A stretch of 64,000 bases of DNA from an uncultured Granulosicoccaceae bacterium (GTDB taxonomy: Bacteria > Pseudomonadota > Gammaproteobacteria > Granulosicoccales > Granulosicoccaceae): the NCBI GenBank assembly GCA_938003855.1, contig CALKXD010000213.1:33722-97721 (forward strand), written 5' to 3'. A program made the translations under genes and the position numbers. Below the pieces are notes generated by a model. That model worked only from the letters and a program-made list of their open reading frames with translations. It had not been told where the DNA came from and ran no database searches. Below are positions 19,209-28,354 of this stretch, in pieces. The first letter of the stretch is position 1. The number at the start of each line of letters is the position of its first letter.

Positions 19209-19223
19209 TGTAATTTTATTACA
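19209..19223. promoter_or_regulatory. HexR-type operator (perfect palindrome TGTAAT-TTT-ATTACA)
   Basis: The exact sequence tgtaattttattaca lies in the 208-bp divergent zwf/edd intergenic region. It matches the gammaproteobacterial HexR consensus TGTAAT-N3-ATTACA as I recall it. Confidence 0.7.
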
Positions 19224-19303
19224 GCGTTTGAATTTTCCGACGCTAATTCACCCTCATACGAATTATACTATTGCAAATACTGACACTTGCACTGAGAAAA
19301 AAA

Positions 19304-19318
19304 TGTAGTATTATTACA
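19304..19318. promoter_or_regulatory. second HexR-type operator (TGTAGT-ATT-ATTACA)
   Basis: The sequence is tgtagtattattaca, with one mismatch from perfect dyad symmetry. It lies 95 bp from the first site and about 57 bp upstream of the edd ATG. Confidence 0.65.
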
Positions 19319-19374
19319 TCGCACCTGCATGGGGCAACCCGGCTTCCACTCATACGTTTCTCGGTTTGCCCGAA

Positions 19375-21207
19375 ATGACACAAGTACATGCAACTGTGCA
19401 AGCAGTTACCGAAAGGATCCGGTCTCGCAGCGATAAACTGCGGTCTGCATACCTCGAACAGACAAGTAGTACCAAACAGAATCAGCCGCGCCGCAACCGG
19501 CTCTCCTGCACGAATTTTGCCCATGCGGTCGCGGCTGCTTCTTCTAACGACAAGCTCACACTCCATCAGGAGCGTGCACCCAATCTGGGTATTGTTTCTG
19601 CCTACAATGAAATGCTCTCGGCACACCAGCCCTTCGAGCGCTTTCCGGACATTATAAAGTCGGCCGCCCGCGAGGTTGGTGCCACTGCTTTGTACGCAGG
19701 TGGTGTGCCAGCGATGTGCGATGGTGTGACACAAGGCCGTCCCGGCATGGAGCTGTCATTATTCAGCCGCGATGTGATCGCCCAGTCCACGGCTGTCGCT
19801 CTGTCTCACGATGTCTTTGATTCAGTTATTTATCTGGGCACCTGCGATAAAATAGTACCGGGCCTGCTAATGGGGGCGCTGGGTTACGGCCATCTTCCAG
19901 CCATATTCGCACCCGCCGGACCGATGACATCAGGGCTGCCCAATTCAGACAAAGCCATTGCCCGCCAAAAGTTCGCTGAAGGCAAAATCAGCCGCGAAGA
20001 ATTACTTAAATCCGAGTGCGCCTCTTATCACGGCCCCGGCACCTGCACCTTTTACGGCACCGCCAACAGCAACCAGATGCTGATGGAAGTGCTTGGCCTG
20101 CACCTGCCGGGCAGTGCTTTCATTAATCCAGGCAATGAGTTGCGCGATACACTGACGCATGCTGCCGCAGTTCGCGCACTGGAAATAAGCGCCACCGGCC
20201 CCGACTACACACCGGTTGCTGAACTGGTCAGTGAGAAATCCATTTGCAACGCCATTGTCGGCTTGCTGGCAACAGGCGGGTCGACCAATCACACCATGCA
20301 CATCATTGCCATCGCGCGCTGTGCCGGGCTGCTGGTTAACTGGACAGACTTCAACGATTTGTCGGCGGTGGTTCCGAGCCTGACAAGCATCTACCCGAAT
20401 GGCCAGGCCGATGTTAACCAGTTTCACGCCGCCGGCGGCATGGCAGTGGTCATCAGTCAGCTGCTCAGAGGGGGTCTGCTGCACAACGATGTAAAAACCG
20501 TTATCGGCGAAGGGCTCGAGCGCTACTGCAGCGACCCGCAAATGAACGAAAACACGCTCACCTGGAAACCCAGCAACGGTGAGTCCTCTGACACCTCGAT
20601 AATCGCAAACCTCAGCAAACCATTCAGCGCTAGTGGCGGTATTGCCCTGCTGGAAGGTAATCTGGGACGCGCAGTGATAAAAACCTCAGCGGTCAAGACA
20701 GAGCATCTTCGGGTTTCAGCACCAGCCCGCGTATTCACCAGCCAGGCGGAATTTCTGGATGCGTTCGATGCAGACGAGCTCAACGGCGATCTGGTCGCTG
20801 TAGTAGTCAATCAGGGTCCTCGCGCCAACGGTATGCCTGAGCTACACAAACTGACACCGGCACTGGGTATATTGCAAGACAAGGGATTCAAGGTGGCATT
20901 GGTAACTGACGGGCGCATGTCTGGTGCTTCGGGCAAGGTTCCCGCAGCAATCCACGTATCACCGGAGTGCAGCAACAATGGCCCTCTGGCGCTGGTCAGA
21001 ACCGGCGACATCATCGAGCTCGACGCTGAATCCGGTACTTTAAATGCACAGGTTGACCCCGAGGACTGGCGCAACCGTGACCCGAGCAGCAATCCCGCCA
21101 GCGACACCAACGATGGCCGCCTGCTATTTGCCAGCATGCGCAACTGCGTCAGTACCGCTGAAACCGGTGCGCTCACGCTATTCAACCCGGAACTAAACAC
21201 CCTGTGA
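19375..21207 (+). CDS. edd: phosphogluconate dehydratase
   Basis: IlvD/Edd family blocks are present: [25 protein letters not shown] and [21 protein letters not shown]. It lies in the Entner-Doudoroff cluster. The start is ATG 19375 (the track uses TTG 19366). Confidence 0.95.
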   Translation: MTQVHATVQAVTERIRSRSDKLRSAYLEQTSSTKQNQPRRNRLSCTNFAHAVAAASSNDKLTLHQERAPNLGIVSAYNEMLSAHQPFERFPDIIKSAAREVGATALYAGGVPAMCDGVTQGRPGMELSLFSRDVIAQSTAVALSHDVFDSVIYLGTCDKIVPGLLMGALGYGHLPAIFAPAGPMTSGLPNSDKAIARQKFAEGKISREELLKSECASYHGPGTCTFYGTANSNQMLMEVLGLHLPGSAFINPGNELRDTLTHAAAVRALEISATGPDYTPVAELVSEKSICNAIVGLLATGGSTNHTMHIIAIARCAGLLVNWTDFNDLSAVVPSLTSIYPNGQADVNQFHAAGGMAVVISQLLRGGLLHNDVKTVIGEGLERYCSDPQMNENTLTWKPSNGESSDTSIIANLSKPFSASGGIALLEGNLGRAVIKTSAVKTEHLRVSAPARVFTSQAEFLDAFDADELNGDLVAVVVNQGPRANGMPELHKLTPALGILQDKGFKVALVTDGRMSGASGKVPAAIHVSPECSNNGPLALVRTGDIIELDAESGTLNAQVDPEDWRNRDPSSNPASDTNDGRLLFASMRNCVSTAETGALTLFNPELNTL

Positions 21208-21818
21208 CTATACGCACTATCATGCAGGCATCGCCTGTTATCCCTGTGCTGGTTCTGGAAGAACCGGACACAGCCGCCGCACTGGCCCAGGCGCTGGTCA
21301 GCGGTGGTCTGCGTACACTAGAAATTACCCTGCGCACGGCAGCTGCATTTGATGCTATCGCCGCTATCAAAGAGGCCGTGCCAGATGCCTATGTCGGGGC
21401 TGGAACTGTCAACACTTTCCAGCAGCTGGAAAAATGTCAGGCACTGAATGTCGACTTCATGGTCAGCCCGGGGTTGCATACACCGCTGGCCACTGCCGCA
21501 CTGGAGACCGGCATCCCGTATTTACCGGGTATTGCAACTGCCAGTGAAGCGCTAACCGCCGTTAACCTGGGAATTGAGTCACTGAAGTTTTTTCCAGCCG
21601 TGCCGGCCGGTGGTGTCAATTTGCTTAAAGCCTTGAGCGGCCCCTACCAGCAGCTGCAGTTTTGCCCGACAGGAGGCATAAACGCCGACAACTACCAGCA
21701 ATTTCTGGCACTTGATAATGTACTGTGTGTGGGCGGATCGTGGGTGGCCCCGGCGTCATTGATCAAACAGGCAGCGTGGGACGACATTACGGCATTGGCC
21801 GCCGCCGCGGCTGCCTGA
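21204..21818 (+). CDS. eda: 2-dehydro-3-deoxy-phosphogluconate (KDPG) aldolase
   Basis: The blocks [30 protein letters not shown] (Schiff-base Lys) and CPTGGI are present. The GTG at 21204 overlaps the edd stop (GTGA); the ATG at 21222 is an alternative start. Confidence 0.93.
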   Translation: MTIRTIMQASPVIPVLVLEEPDTAAALAQALVSGGLRTLEITLRTAAAFDAIAAIKEAVPDAYVGAGTVNTFQQLEKCQALNVDFMVSPGLHTPLATAALETGIPYLPGIATASEALTAVNLGIESLKFFPAVPAGGVNLLKALSGPYQQLQFCPTGGINADNYQQFLALDNVLCVGGSWVAPASLIKQAAWDDITALAAAAAA

Positions 21819-22403
21819 CTTCAGTCGCAAATCGGCTTTGTGAGTAATTGCGGTAAAACGGCACTTTAACCGCCCGCAGATTACGCAGAGTTTTGCGACT
21901 GAGCATCAGGCTTATCACCAGACAAGCGACCGCCAATATCAGCAGCAACACGATAACTGCTCTTAAGATACCCCAGCAGTTACGGCCAATCACAAAGGCA
22001 GCCACCCCCGGCTTAATCCGTCGTTTTTCCATGCGACGTGCCGCGCGCCTAATCGCACGCAGATGTCTGAAAATCACATTTCCGATCGCCTGGCCCCTCC
22101 TTTTCGCACACAACGTTTTGCGTGCGCAGGATAACGGCGCACGCCCATCACACTTTAACAATTAGCGGAACAGAGAAATCAGAACCAGTTAAAAAGGGAA
22201 AAAATCAGGTGCCTTCGCGGAATAGCGAGTCCCCACCGCATTCCCAGCTGGCACGGTCCTTCGATGGTGTAACGAGTGCTTTGTTGGAAAAAACACTAAA
22301 TCTGAGCTATACCCTTGATTTAAAGCATTCTTTTTGTTGCCGATAACTAACCTGGAAGCAACAGCAAAAGAAGCTGATCGCTGCAACTAGCTGGAAGTAA
22401 ACT

Positions 22404-22691
22404 ATGACAAGAAGCTCAAAGCTCGGTGAGGCCAGAACCACATGCGACGGATTGCATCGACTGGTTCGGCAGTTAAACGGCGCTGCCGTTGATGTCGATA
22501 ATGGCGGTGCGAGCGCCCATGAATTGCTTGCTCTGCTGGCGACAGCGAACGAATGTGTGAACAGCCTCAGTGTCCAGCTGGAAGCATTGGAAGCCGGTCA
22601 AAGCAGCGCCAATACCTCTGGCAGCGTGTCACGTTTACGGGTGGTCGAAGACCCACTGATGACGCCAGCAAAAGCCGTCAGTACCGGCTGA
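22404..22691 (+). CDS. hypothetical small protein (95 aa)
   Basis: The ATG is preceded by GGAAG with a 6-nt spacer. The product looks helical and I recognise no family. Confidence 0.4.
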   Translation: MTRSSKLGEARTTCDGLHRLVRQLNGAAVDVDNGGASAHELLALLATANECVNSLSVQLEALEAGQSSANTSGSVSRLRVVEDPLMTPAKAVSTG

Positions 22692-22728
22692 CTCTGCATT
22701 TAACCGGTCGCTGCCAGCGACCGCTGCG

Positions 22729-23598
22729 TTACTCCAGCCATTCGGAAAATCCCTCCGGCAGTGCGATCAATGCTCCGTCACTGCTCCAGCCACTGGCAGC
22801 GGCCAGCTCTGCTATCGCCGAAATACGCTCCTCGTCGAGTGGATGCGTGCTAAAAAAGCGCTCCCAGCGCCGGCTGTTTTCAGCATCCTTCTGTGCTGCG
22901 AATAAAACAAACAAATCCGCCGCACCACGAACATGACCATACAGAGCGTGGATCGCCTGCAATGCTGATCGGTCTGCCTGAGATTCCATGGATCGTGAAA
23001 AACTCATCTGCGTAATACTGCCACCCAACTCATACAGCCGCCCTTGCAGACTGGTACCTGCCGGCAACACAGCTGTACCGATTGCCACCGCCAGCCCGCT
23101 GCCTAAGCCACGCGCGGGGTGCCGCAGGCTCACATGTGAAACCTCGTGGGCGATTAACATGGCCAGTGCATTTTCATGCGGCAACAACCTCAACAAACCC
23201 CGGTGCAGATACACATGACCGCCCACCGTCGCAAAGGCGTTGATGAGATCATCCTCGATGTAATGCAGGGTAATGGGAATGTCGGCGTCGAGCTCGAGCG
23301 CATCAGTCACCCGGCGACTCAGTCTTTTCAAATACTGACGCATCGGGGTGTTAGCAGTACTTTCGGCAAAGGGGGATGATTGGCCTGTGGAGACCATAAG
23401 ATGATCGACCTTTTCCGCCACCCACAGCTCAACAGTAAAAGGCATGAGCCCGCCGAGCCTGCCGCCGCTCACGTTCAACACCATCACCAGCACAGCAACC
23501 GCCGTAATCGCAAGCAGCAGCAACCGTAGAAATTCACGCAGCGGATGGCGTTTCGGGGTGTTCAGCCCCTCCGTGGGTTGACGGTTTTCGTATCGCAT
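22729..23598 (-). CDS. M48 family metallopeptidase (membrane-anchored)
   Basis: It has an N-terminal TM helix (LLLLAITAVAVLVMVL), the zinc motif HEVSHVSLRH (HExxH) and the downstream SRSMESQADRSAL block typical of M48. Confidence 0.85.
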   Translation of the reverse strand: MRYENRQPTEGLNTPKRHPLREFLRLLLLAITAVAVLVMVLNVSGGRLGGLMPFTVELWVAEKVDHLMVSTGQSSPFAESTANTPMRQYLKRLSRRVTDALELDADIPITLHYIEDDLINAFATVGGHVYLHRGLLRLLPHENALAMLIAHEVSHVSLRHPARGLGSGLAVAIGTAVLPAGTSLQGRLYELGGSITQMSFSRSMESQADRSALQAIHALYGHVRGAADLFVLFAAQKDAENSRRWERFFSTHPLDEERISAIAELAAASGWSSDGALIALPEGFSEWLE

Positions 23599-23637
23599 AG
23601 CTATTGGACCCGGTTCACCCGGCCATCGATCATGACA

Positions 23638-24111
23638 TCAGTCCGGCAACACTTGCTGCACAGTGGAATCCCCCAGCGGTGTAAGCGCGGTACCATAGGC
23701 CAGCACCTCTATAGTGGTGACTCCTGCGGCGATTGAAGATGTCTCGTATTTGACGTTAATTACCATTGATGCCCCGACTGTACCGGCCTGCTCTTTCAGA
23801 CGCAGCAGGGACTCACGGCGACCACGGTCAAGCAGTGACTCAAACGCCCGGACCCTACCGCCAAAGAGATTGACCAGGCCCGCCATAAAGGATTTGAAGT
23901 AGTCACTACCGATAACCACACTGCCACAAACCAGCTGTTGCTGATACAGACCTGCCCGGGGTGGAAATTTAGTGGCAATGGCGGGTAGATCTGCCAGCTC
24001 ACTTTCACGTTTTCTGATGGATTGGTAGTGCCGCCGTTCGGCGATGCGACCACAGCTATACCCAAGCACCAGCAATGCGGCGAACAAACCAAAATCAAAC
24101 ACCGTCTGCAC
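23638..24111 (-). CDS. YbjQ (UPF0145) domain protein with N-terminal TM anchor
   Basis: An N-terminal hydrophobic helix (FGLFAALLVLGYSCG) is followed by YbjQ-like blocks (FMAGLVNLFGGRV, ESLLDRGRRESLLRLKEQA, GASMVINVKYETS). It overlaps the upstream ybjQ-like gene by 17 nt. Confidence 0.75.
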   Translation of the reverse strand: MQTVFDFGLFAALLVLGYSCGRIAERRHYQSIRKRESELADLPAIATKFPPRAGLYQQQLVCGSVVIGSDYFKSFMAGLVNLFGGRVRAFESLLDRGRRESLLRLKEQAGTVGASMVINVKYETSSIAAGVTTIEVLAYGTALTPLGDSTVQQVLPD

Positions 24112-24424
24112 TCACGCTGACGGCAGAACCATAGACAAATATTTCAGCCGCCCCGGCGGCAATGCCGGACGTTGAGAAACGCACATTCAATACGGCATCC
24201 GCGCCGATACTCTGTGCCTGTAGAGTCAAACGTTCGACGGCCTCTTCGCGCGACTCATGCAGCAACTCGGTATAACCCAGCAACTCACCACCGAAGATGC
24301 TCTTGATTCCCGCCATGAAATCCCGTCCCGCATGCTTGGACCGTACCGAACTCCCCTGCACTAACCCAAGGTGCGCTGTGATCGTCATGCCGGGTAAATA
24401 TTCGAGGTTGGTAATTATCATCAC
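24095..24424 (-). CDS. YbjQ family protein (UPF0145, annotated heavy-metal-binding)
   Basis: The 109-aa product has the canonical layout: MIITNLEYLPG..., GLVQGSSVRSKH, FMAGIKSIFGGEL and GADAVLNVRFSTS. Confidence 0.85.
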   Translation of the reverse strand: MMIITNLEYLPGMTITAHLGLVQGSSVRSKHAGRDFMAGIKSIFGGELLGYTELLHESREEAVERLTLQAQSIGADAVLNVRFSTSGIAAGAAEIFVYGSAVSVSADGV

Positions 24425-24632
24425 TACTACCTGCTGTTAAATGCGTCAGCCGGTGCAACCCTGGCACCCGACACTGACCACGTCAACGACACATGATCAT
24501 AGCATTATTGATAAACCACCCCGGCCTCGGCAATGTCACAGTAAGCTGATTCGCTATTCAGCGGAAATCAGGCACTATACGAAAAGCTACTACCCGGCAC
24601 CGCCAAGCGACTTTCTCTAAAGCAAGCAACCC

Positions 24633-25241
24633 ATGAGCTACATTGTACCGGCAACACCAAATCGCCACGAGCAGAGTATAAAAAAAAGCCGGTTTATTGC
24701 CATTGCCGGCTACGCCTCAAGCCGCCATCAAATGCTGGAGTTTATTCAACGTGCTGCCAGTGAGTATCCAGACGCCGGGCATGTGTGCTACGGCTGTGTC
24801 ACCGGACCGCCACTGTCCGGCACTTTTTATTGCAGCGATGATGGTGAGCCAACGGGAACTGCAGGCCGGCCCATCCTGAACGTACTGCAACACAGCGACA
24901 TCGGCGATATCGTGACCGTTGTCGTGCGCTATTTCGGCGGCGTTAAGCTTGGCACTGGCGGCCTCATCAGAGCCTACTCAAGCAGTGCGGCTGGCGCTGT
25001 GGCCGACTTGCAGACACGCCATCTGGTCGCAGTGGCACAGTTGCGGGTCACGGCGCCCTATGCGATGGAAAATGTCATTCGGCATCAGCTCTCTCTGGTT
25101 GACGCCGATGACCTGAATGTTATCTACGGGGAAGATCTGTCGCTATCCTGTAAAGTGCGTGCGGATGAAGCAGACGCGCTGATTGCAACCCTGGCAAACA
25201 TATCGCGCGGTGCCATTAAAACCAGCCTCACACCTCTTTAG
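24633..25241 (+). CDS. YigZ/IMPACT family protein (UPF0029)
   Basis: The blocks IKKSRFIA, CSDDGEPTGTAGRPIL and VVVRYFGGVKLGTGGLIRAY are present. Confidence 0.88.
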   Translation: MSYIVPATPNRHEQSIKKSRFIAIAGYASSRHQMLEFIQRAASEYPDAGHVCYGCVTGPPLSGTFYCSDDGEPTGTAGRPILNVLQHSDIGDIVTVVVRYFGGVKLGTGGLIRAYSSSAAGAVADLQTRHLVAVAQLRVTAPYAMENVIRHQLSLVDADDLNVIYGEDLSLSCKVRADEADALIATLANISRGAIKTSLTPL

Positions 25242-25266
25242 CGCATAAGCAGGCAGACCCCATTCA

Positions 25267-25965
25267 ATGACAACAATTTATCTCATACGCCACGGACAGG
25301 CCTCAGCAGGCGCCGAGAACTATGACGTGCTTTCCCCGATCGGGCGCGATCAGGCATCTGTACTTGGTGGCTACCTGCAACAAACCGGTCTGACCTTCGA
25401 CGGAATATACAGCGGCACCTTAAAACGCCAGATCGACACAGCACTTATCGCTACAGGGATAACCCCGGACACTCTGGCACAGCACAATCACTTTAATGAG
25501 TACGATCACAAAGCGATATTTGCGCGCTACCTGCCACGTCTTGCCGAGGACGATGCCGAAATAGCCGCTGCCGCGCAACAAGGCCCCAATACGTTAATGT
25601 CAGCGTCGGTATTCACCAAGCTCATGCTGGCCTGGGTTAACGACTCGAGTGATCCCGCCGATGGCGACGAATTCGAGACCTGGGCGACCTTCAAAGCACG
25701 TATATCGAATGGCATACAGCATATCGCCAAAGCCCACGACCGCAAAGCCGCTGTTGCGGTGTTCACCTCCGGCGGTGTAATCAGTACGCTGTTCCATAGC
25801 ATCTACAACACAACACCACAAAGCACCTTCGAGATGAACTGGAGCATCAACAACGCCAGTTTGTCACACGTGAAATTTAACGACGGCGCGCTCAGGCTGC
25901 GCGAGTTCAATAATATATCGCACCTGCTGCTGAAGAATGACAAAACTCTGATCACACAAATCTAG
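25267..25965 (+). CDS. histidine phosphatase (phosphoglycerate mutase-like) family protein
   Basis: The N-terminal catalytic motif IYLIRHGQ (RHG) is present, and the size is typical for the family. Confidence 0.8.
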   Translation: MTTIYLIRHGQASAGAENYDVLSPIGRDQASVLGGYLQQTGLTFDGIYSGTLKRQIDTALIATGITPDTLAQHNHFNEYDHKAIFARYLPRLAEDDAEIAAAAQQGPNTLMSASVFTKLMLAWVNDSSDPADGDEFETWATFKARISNGIQHIAKAHDRKAAVAVFTSGGVISTLFHSIYNTTPQSTFEMNWSINNASLSHVKFNDGALRLREFNNISHLLLKNDKTLITQI

Positions 25966-26084
25966 TTCATTCACCACCCGTCGAGCCACAAATCAAGCGT
26001 GTCATGCCAGCACCCGGGCACCCATGTCATCGGGTCGCTGGAGTACCGCTACCTGGCGCTGGAAAAAAATCGGGAATCCAGCGT

Positions 26085-26116
26085 CCAACGGCTACCAGCT
26101 CACAGTTAGCCGTTGG
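26085..26116. terminator. possible bidirectional stem-loop between convergent genes
   Basis: A 10-bp perfect stem (ccaacggcta / tagccgttgg) with a 12-nt loop lies between the stops at 25965 (+) and 26142 (-). There is no adjacent T tract, so function is uncertain. Confidence 0.35.
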
Positions 26117-26141
26117 GTGTTACCTGGTACACACTAAAAAT

Positions 26142-27134
26142 CTAGGGATACAAAACAATTTTCGGAGCCCCGGTCACACCATTGTGCACATCGGCAAACG
26201 CTGAGCCTCCATCTGACAGCGGTCGTTTTTCCAGCCACTCCAGAGACCCTAGCTTGCCACTATAGATTGCATCAATCGACGCCATTAAATCGGCAACTGA
26301 ATAAGTATAAGCGCCAATAAAAGTTACTTCCTGCAACGTCAAACGCCGGGTATCCAGACCATCGGCATCGTCTTGCAAACCCGCGTGACAAATAACCCCG
26401 CCAGGCTTCACCAGCTGGCTGCTCGAGGCGCGTGTCCGGCCACTTCCAACAGCGTCAATAACCACATCGAAGCTGCCCGCTTCGGGTTCAGCGGATAACG
26501 GGTCATAGACGTGACCAAAATTATATTTCTCAGCAGTGGCACGTCGCAAGGCATTGGTGTCACCAATATAAACCTCAGAACACCCTTTGCTCTGTAGCAC
26601 CAGCGCCGCCAGTACTCCTATCGCACCGGCACCGATCACCAGCGTCCGGGCTTCGGATATCGGCCGGGCAAGTACACGCTCGACCAGCGCGACACAATGC
26701 AAACTGACAGCTGTCGGTTCGGTCAGACTGGCGTGGGCGACGTCCATATCGGCCGGCATAGCCAACAGGTTTTTTTCCGGTACCACTATCTGTTCAGCAA
26801 ATGCGCCAGCCAGGCGCATCCCGATTAACTCTCGCTCGGCACACAGGTTGGTGCGACCATTCAGGCAGTCAAAACAACATCCGCAGCTGATCAACGGATT
26901 CACAATTACGCGCTCGCCGGTGCGCTCACCATTCTGCACAACGCCGGTCGCTTCGTGCCCGAGGATCAGCGGCGGCACCCTTCTCGCATCAAGTCCGTGG
27001 TAGGCATGCATGTCAGACCCGCACAACCCGCAAGCATCAATGTGCAACAACGCCTCGCCATCCAGCGGCTGAACCGGCGAAGGCTCTTCTCTGTACTGAA
27101 CTTCCTGCGTGCCGGTATAGACCAGTGCTTTCAT
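26142..27134 (-). CDS. zinc-dependent alcohol dehydrogenase (MDR superfamily; threonine/sorbitol dehydrogenase-like)
   Basis: It has MKALVY, zinc ligands in CGLCGSDMH and GHE, the structural-zinc Cys cluster (CGCCFDCLNGRTNLC) and the Rossmann motif GAGAIG. The start is set at ATG 27134. Confidence 0.88.
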   Translation of the reverse strand: MKALVYTGTQEVQYREEPSPVQPLDGEALLHIDACGLCGSDMHAYHGLDARRVPPLILGHEATGVVQNGERTGERVIVNPLISCGCCFDCLNGRTNLCAERELIGMRLAGAFAEQIVVPEKNLLAMPADMDVAHASLTEPTAVSLHCVALVERVLARPISEARTLVIGAGAIGVLAALVLQSKGCSEVYIGDTNALRRATAEKYNFGHVYDPLSAEPEAGSFDVVIDAVGSGRTRASSSQLVKPGGVICHAGLQDDADGLDTRRLTLQEVTFIGAYTYSVADLMASIDAIYSGKLGSLEWLEKRPLSDGGSAFADVHNGVTGAPKIVLYP

Positions 27135-27245
27135 TGAATTAGACCTCTTGTTGCTATTTTCTTCGTTCGGTTTTCTACCACTAGCCAGTGAACCATCCGT
27201 TATGAGCATACATTTTTTCAATCCACAACAGATTTATCGCTTGCA

Positions 27246-28352
27246 TTGGCCAACTATTTGCCAAACCAGGTTATCAGTGTCAAAACAGCAGACGGTAGAA
27301 AGATGCGATTAATACCAGCAGTAATCCTCAGTGCGCTACTCGCGGTAGTGTACTGGATTGGTGCCACGGTCTTCACAGACCGGATCGAACGGGATATCAC
27401 CGAGCGATCTCATGCGGCCGTCGCCATGTTACCAGAGGTCGACGTCAACGTTGACGGACGCGATGTTACGTTAACCGGCAATGTAAATACAGCAAGTGAA
27501 CGCAATGAGGCAGAGCACCGGGTTGACTCGGTCTGGGGCGTGCGTGCATCACAAAACGAACTGAATGTCTTCAAACCCTACAATTTCAACGCAAGTAACA
27601 ACGCAAACGACGGACTGAAGATCGTCGGGACCATCGATAATGAGAACTCAATGGCAGAGTTGCGCACGTCACTTGCACCACTATCGCCGACTATTGATGT
27701 TGACTATGGTGCACGGCCGATGGTCAAAAGCGCCGAGAAATTGAAAATCGGAACCGGCAGCCTGCTACTGCTAAATCACGGCGATCTAAAAATTGATGAC
27801 AAAGAGTTTGTTCTCAATGGCCTCGCTGCCGATGAAGAGGTGCGTTCGACCATTGTCAACAGCCTGATTGACAAGCACGCGTCACTGGCCCCTCTCGATG
27901 TTGTTGCGAACATTGACGTGGCCAGTACATTGACGCAGGCCTGCCGCAACCAGCTTGACTCAGTACTGGACAATAACACCGTCCTCTTCGACGTAGCCCG
28001 CTATGATATTCCTGAATCGCAAAACGCTATTATTGCCGAATTCGCAACCCTGATGCAGCACTGTCCCGGATCAGTACTTATAGAAGCTCATGCAGACCAT
28101 GACGGGAGCGAGACGTACAACCTGGATCTGAGCCAGAGACGTGCGATGGCAGTCGCAGCTCAACTGATCCGAAACGGCGTTGCAACAACACGGATAGAAT
28201 CATTCGGGTATGGCGAAACACGCCCTGTCGCATCAAATGAATCAACGAACGACAAGACATACAACCGACGGGTTGAAATGCAGTACGTTCATGATAATCC
28301 AGTTCCTAATCAACACCAAGAAGCCATAATAAGCTCACAGAGCGCGGAGTAG
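27246..28352 (+). CDS. membrane-anchored BON domain / OmpA-C (MotB-like) peptidoglycan-binding protein
   Basis: The TM helix is IPAVILSALLAVVYWIGATVF. A BON-like segment follows: VDVNVDGRDVTLTGNVNTASERNEAEHRVDSVWGVRASQNELNV. The C-terminal OmpA-like domain reads VLFDVARYDI...IEAHADHDGSETYNLDLSQRRAMAVAAQLIRNGV...GYGETRPVASN...NRRVEMQY. The start is TTG 27246 or ATG 27303. Confidence 0.85.
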   Translation: MANYLPNQVISVKTADGRKMRLIPAVILSALLAVVYWIGATVFTDRIERDITERSHAAVAMLPEVDVNVDGRDVTLTGNVNTASERNEAEHRVDSVWGVRASQNELNVFKPYNFNASNNANDGLKIVGTIDNENSMAELRTSLAPLSPTIDVDYGARPMVKSAEKLKIGTGSLLLLNHGDLKIDDKEFVLNGLAADEEVRSTIVNSLIDKHASLAPLDVVANIDVASTLTQACRNQLDSVLDNNTVLFDVARYDIPESQNAIIAEFATLMQHCPGSVLIEAHADHDGSETYNLDLSQRRAMAVAAQLIRNGVATTRIESFGYGETRPVASNESTNDKTYNRRVEMQYVHDNPVPNQHQEAIISSQSAE

Positions 28353-28354
28353 AC

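Noticed and set aside
21787-22161. A 124-aa minus-strand ORF with one hydrophobic helix lies downstream of eda, and a 90-aa plus-strand ORF overlaps it.
   Set aside because: It overlaps the eda 3' end, lacks a ribosome-binding site at either candidate ATG, and has an Arg-rich low-complexity composition. The two mutually exclusive ORFs are equally unconvincing.
22249-22264. TGGCAC-containing sequences resemble sigma-54 -24 elements: tggcacggtccttcga here, tggcacttgcctg at 52014 and 52169, and tggtacacaccacagc at 61085 upstream of glnA.
   Set aside because: In every case the -12 GC dinucleotide is displaced by one position from the strict GG-N10-GC spacing, or it is absent.
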